A stretch of 64,000 bases of DNA, from positions 1 to 64,000 of the IMG/VR virus record IMGVR_UViG_3300037400_006508, one strand, 5' to 3'. This DNA is from a virus. Its lineage: Duplodnaviria; Caudoviricetes. Shown piece by piece: positions 63,660 through 64,000 of the stretch (positions within the stretch are counted from its first letter, which is position 1; every line of letters begins with the position of its first letter). A program made the position numbers and the translations under genes. The notes under the pieces were generated by a model that was not told the origin of the DNA, made no database searches, and saw nothing but the letters and a program-made list of their open reading frames with translations.

Positions 63660-64000
63660 ATGGACGAAAGAATGGCACCGAAGATCAACAGGGGCATGAC
63701 GGACGAGCCGCGTGTGCCGCATGCGAATGCCGCCGGCGTTCAGACCGGGAAGCCGGGGTTGCTTCCTAACAGGGTCTACGTGTCGTCCGGCGGCGAGGAG
63801 AACGCCGTGGACTACATGACGGCATGGAGCCGCGCCCAGCAGCGCAAGGCCGGGACGCTGCCTCCTTTGAAGGGGGGCATAGACGATGATTCGCCCGAGC
63901 TGTACAGGCATCCGGAGGCCACTCCGTTCGGAAAGACGTTCGCCGCGCAGCACAAGGCGCTTGACGGCGACGACGTAGACAGGCTGAGGGCTCCCGACGA
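63660..64000 (+). CDS. Hypothetical protein, 3'-truncated by the window end
   Basis: AGGAG RBS, ATG at 63660, no stop before the window end. Confidence 0.55.
   Translation, partial: MDERMAPKINRGMTDEPRVPHANAAGVQTGKPGLLPNRVYVSSGGEENAVDYMTAWSRAQQRKAGTLPPLKGGIDDDSPELYRHPEATPFGKTFAAQHKALDGDDVDRLRAPD

Noticed and set aside
1-64000. tRNA/rRNA genes, integrase, transposase, structural genes
   Set aside because: None recognised by eye; a tRNAscan/HMM search would be needed to exclude them

Overview
A 64-kb slice of a large, GC-rich dsDNA phage (or phage-like element). Essentially all plausible genes lie on the + strand and are tightly packed. Layout: (1) replication/recombination block at 1-8.4 kb (family A DNA polymerase truncated at the window edge, probable SSB-like protein, RecA/UvsX-like ATPase, Mre11/SbcD-like nuclease, stand-alone NrdD C-terminal glycyl-radical domain); (2) about 38 kb of mostly small hypothetical accessory genes, including an RNA ligase, HNH, LemA, nucleoside deoxyribosyltransferase-like, Lar-like and several DpnD/PcfM-like miniproteins; (3) a promoter/terminator-rich non-coding switch region at 46.7-49.9 kb; (4) a second HNH gene, thyX and a glycosyltransferase cluster. 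The standout is a reverse transcriptase (18499-19788, YSDD) lacking retron, DGR and group II intron hallmarks. It is followed by a split array of 12 structurally conserved but sequence-diverse non-coding units (9 at 19791-21158, 3 at 23389-23867) that bracket four ORFs. Each unit is a closing stem, a TTCA-like motif, a unique long or branched hairpin, ATCR-N5-TA(C/A/G)AG-N9-CG, and the closing stem again. I read it as an RT system with an array of ncRNA templates, possibly of the phage-associated UG27 type (assignment from memory, needs checking). All protein family calls come from motifs recognised by eye; no database searches were run.
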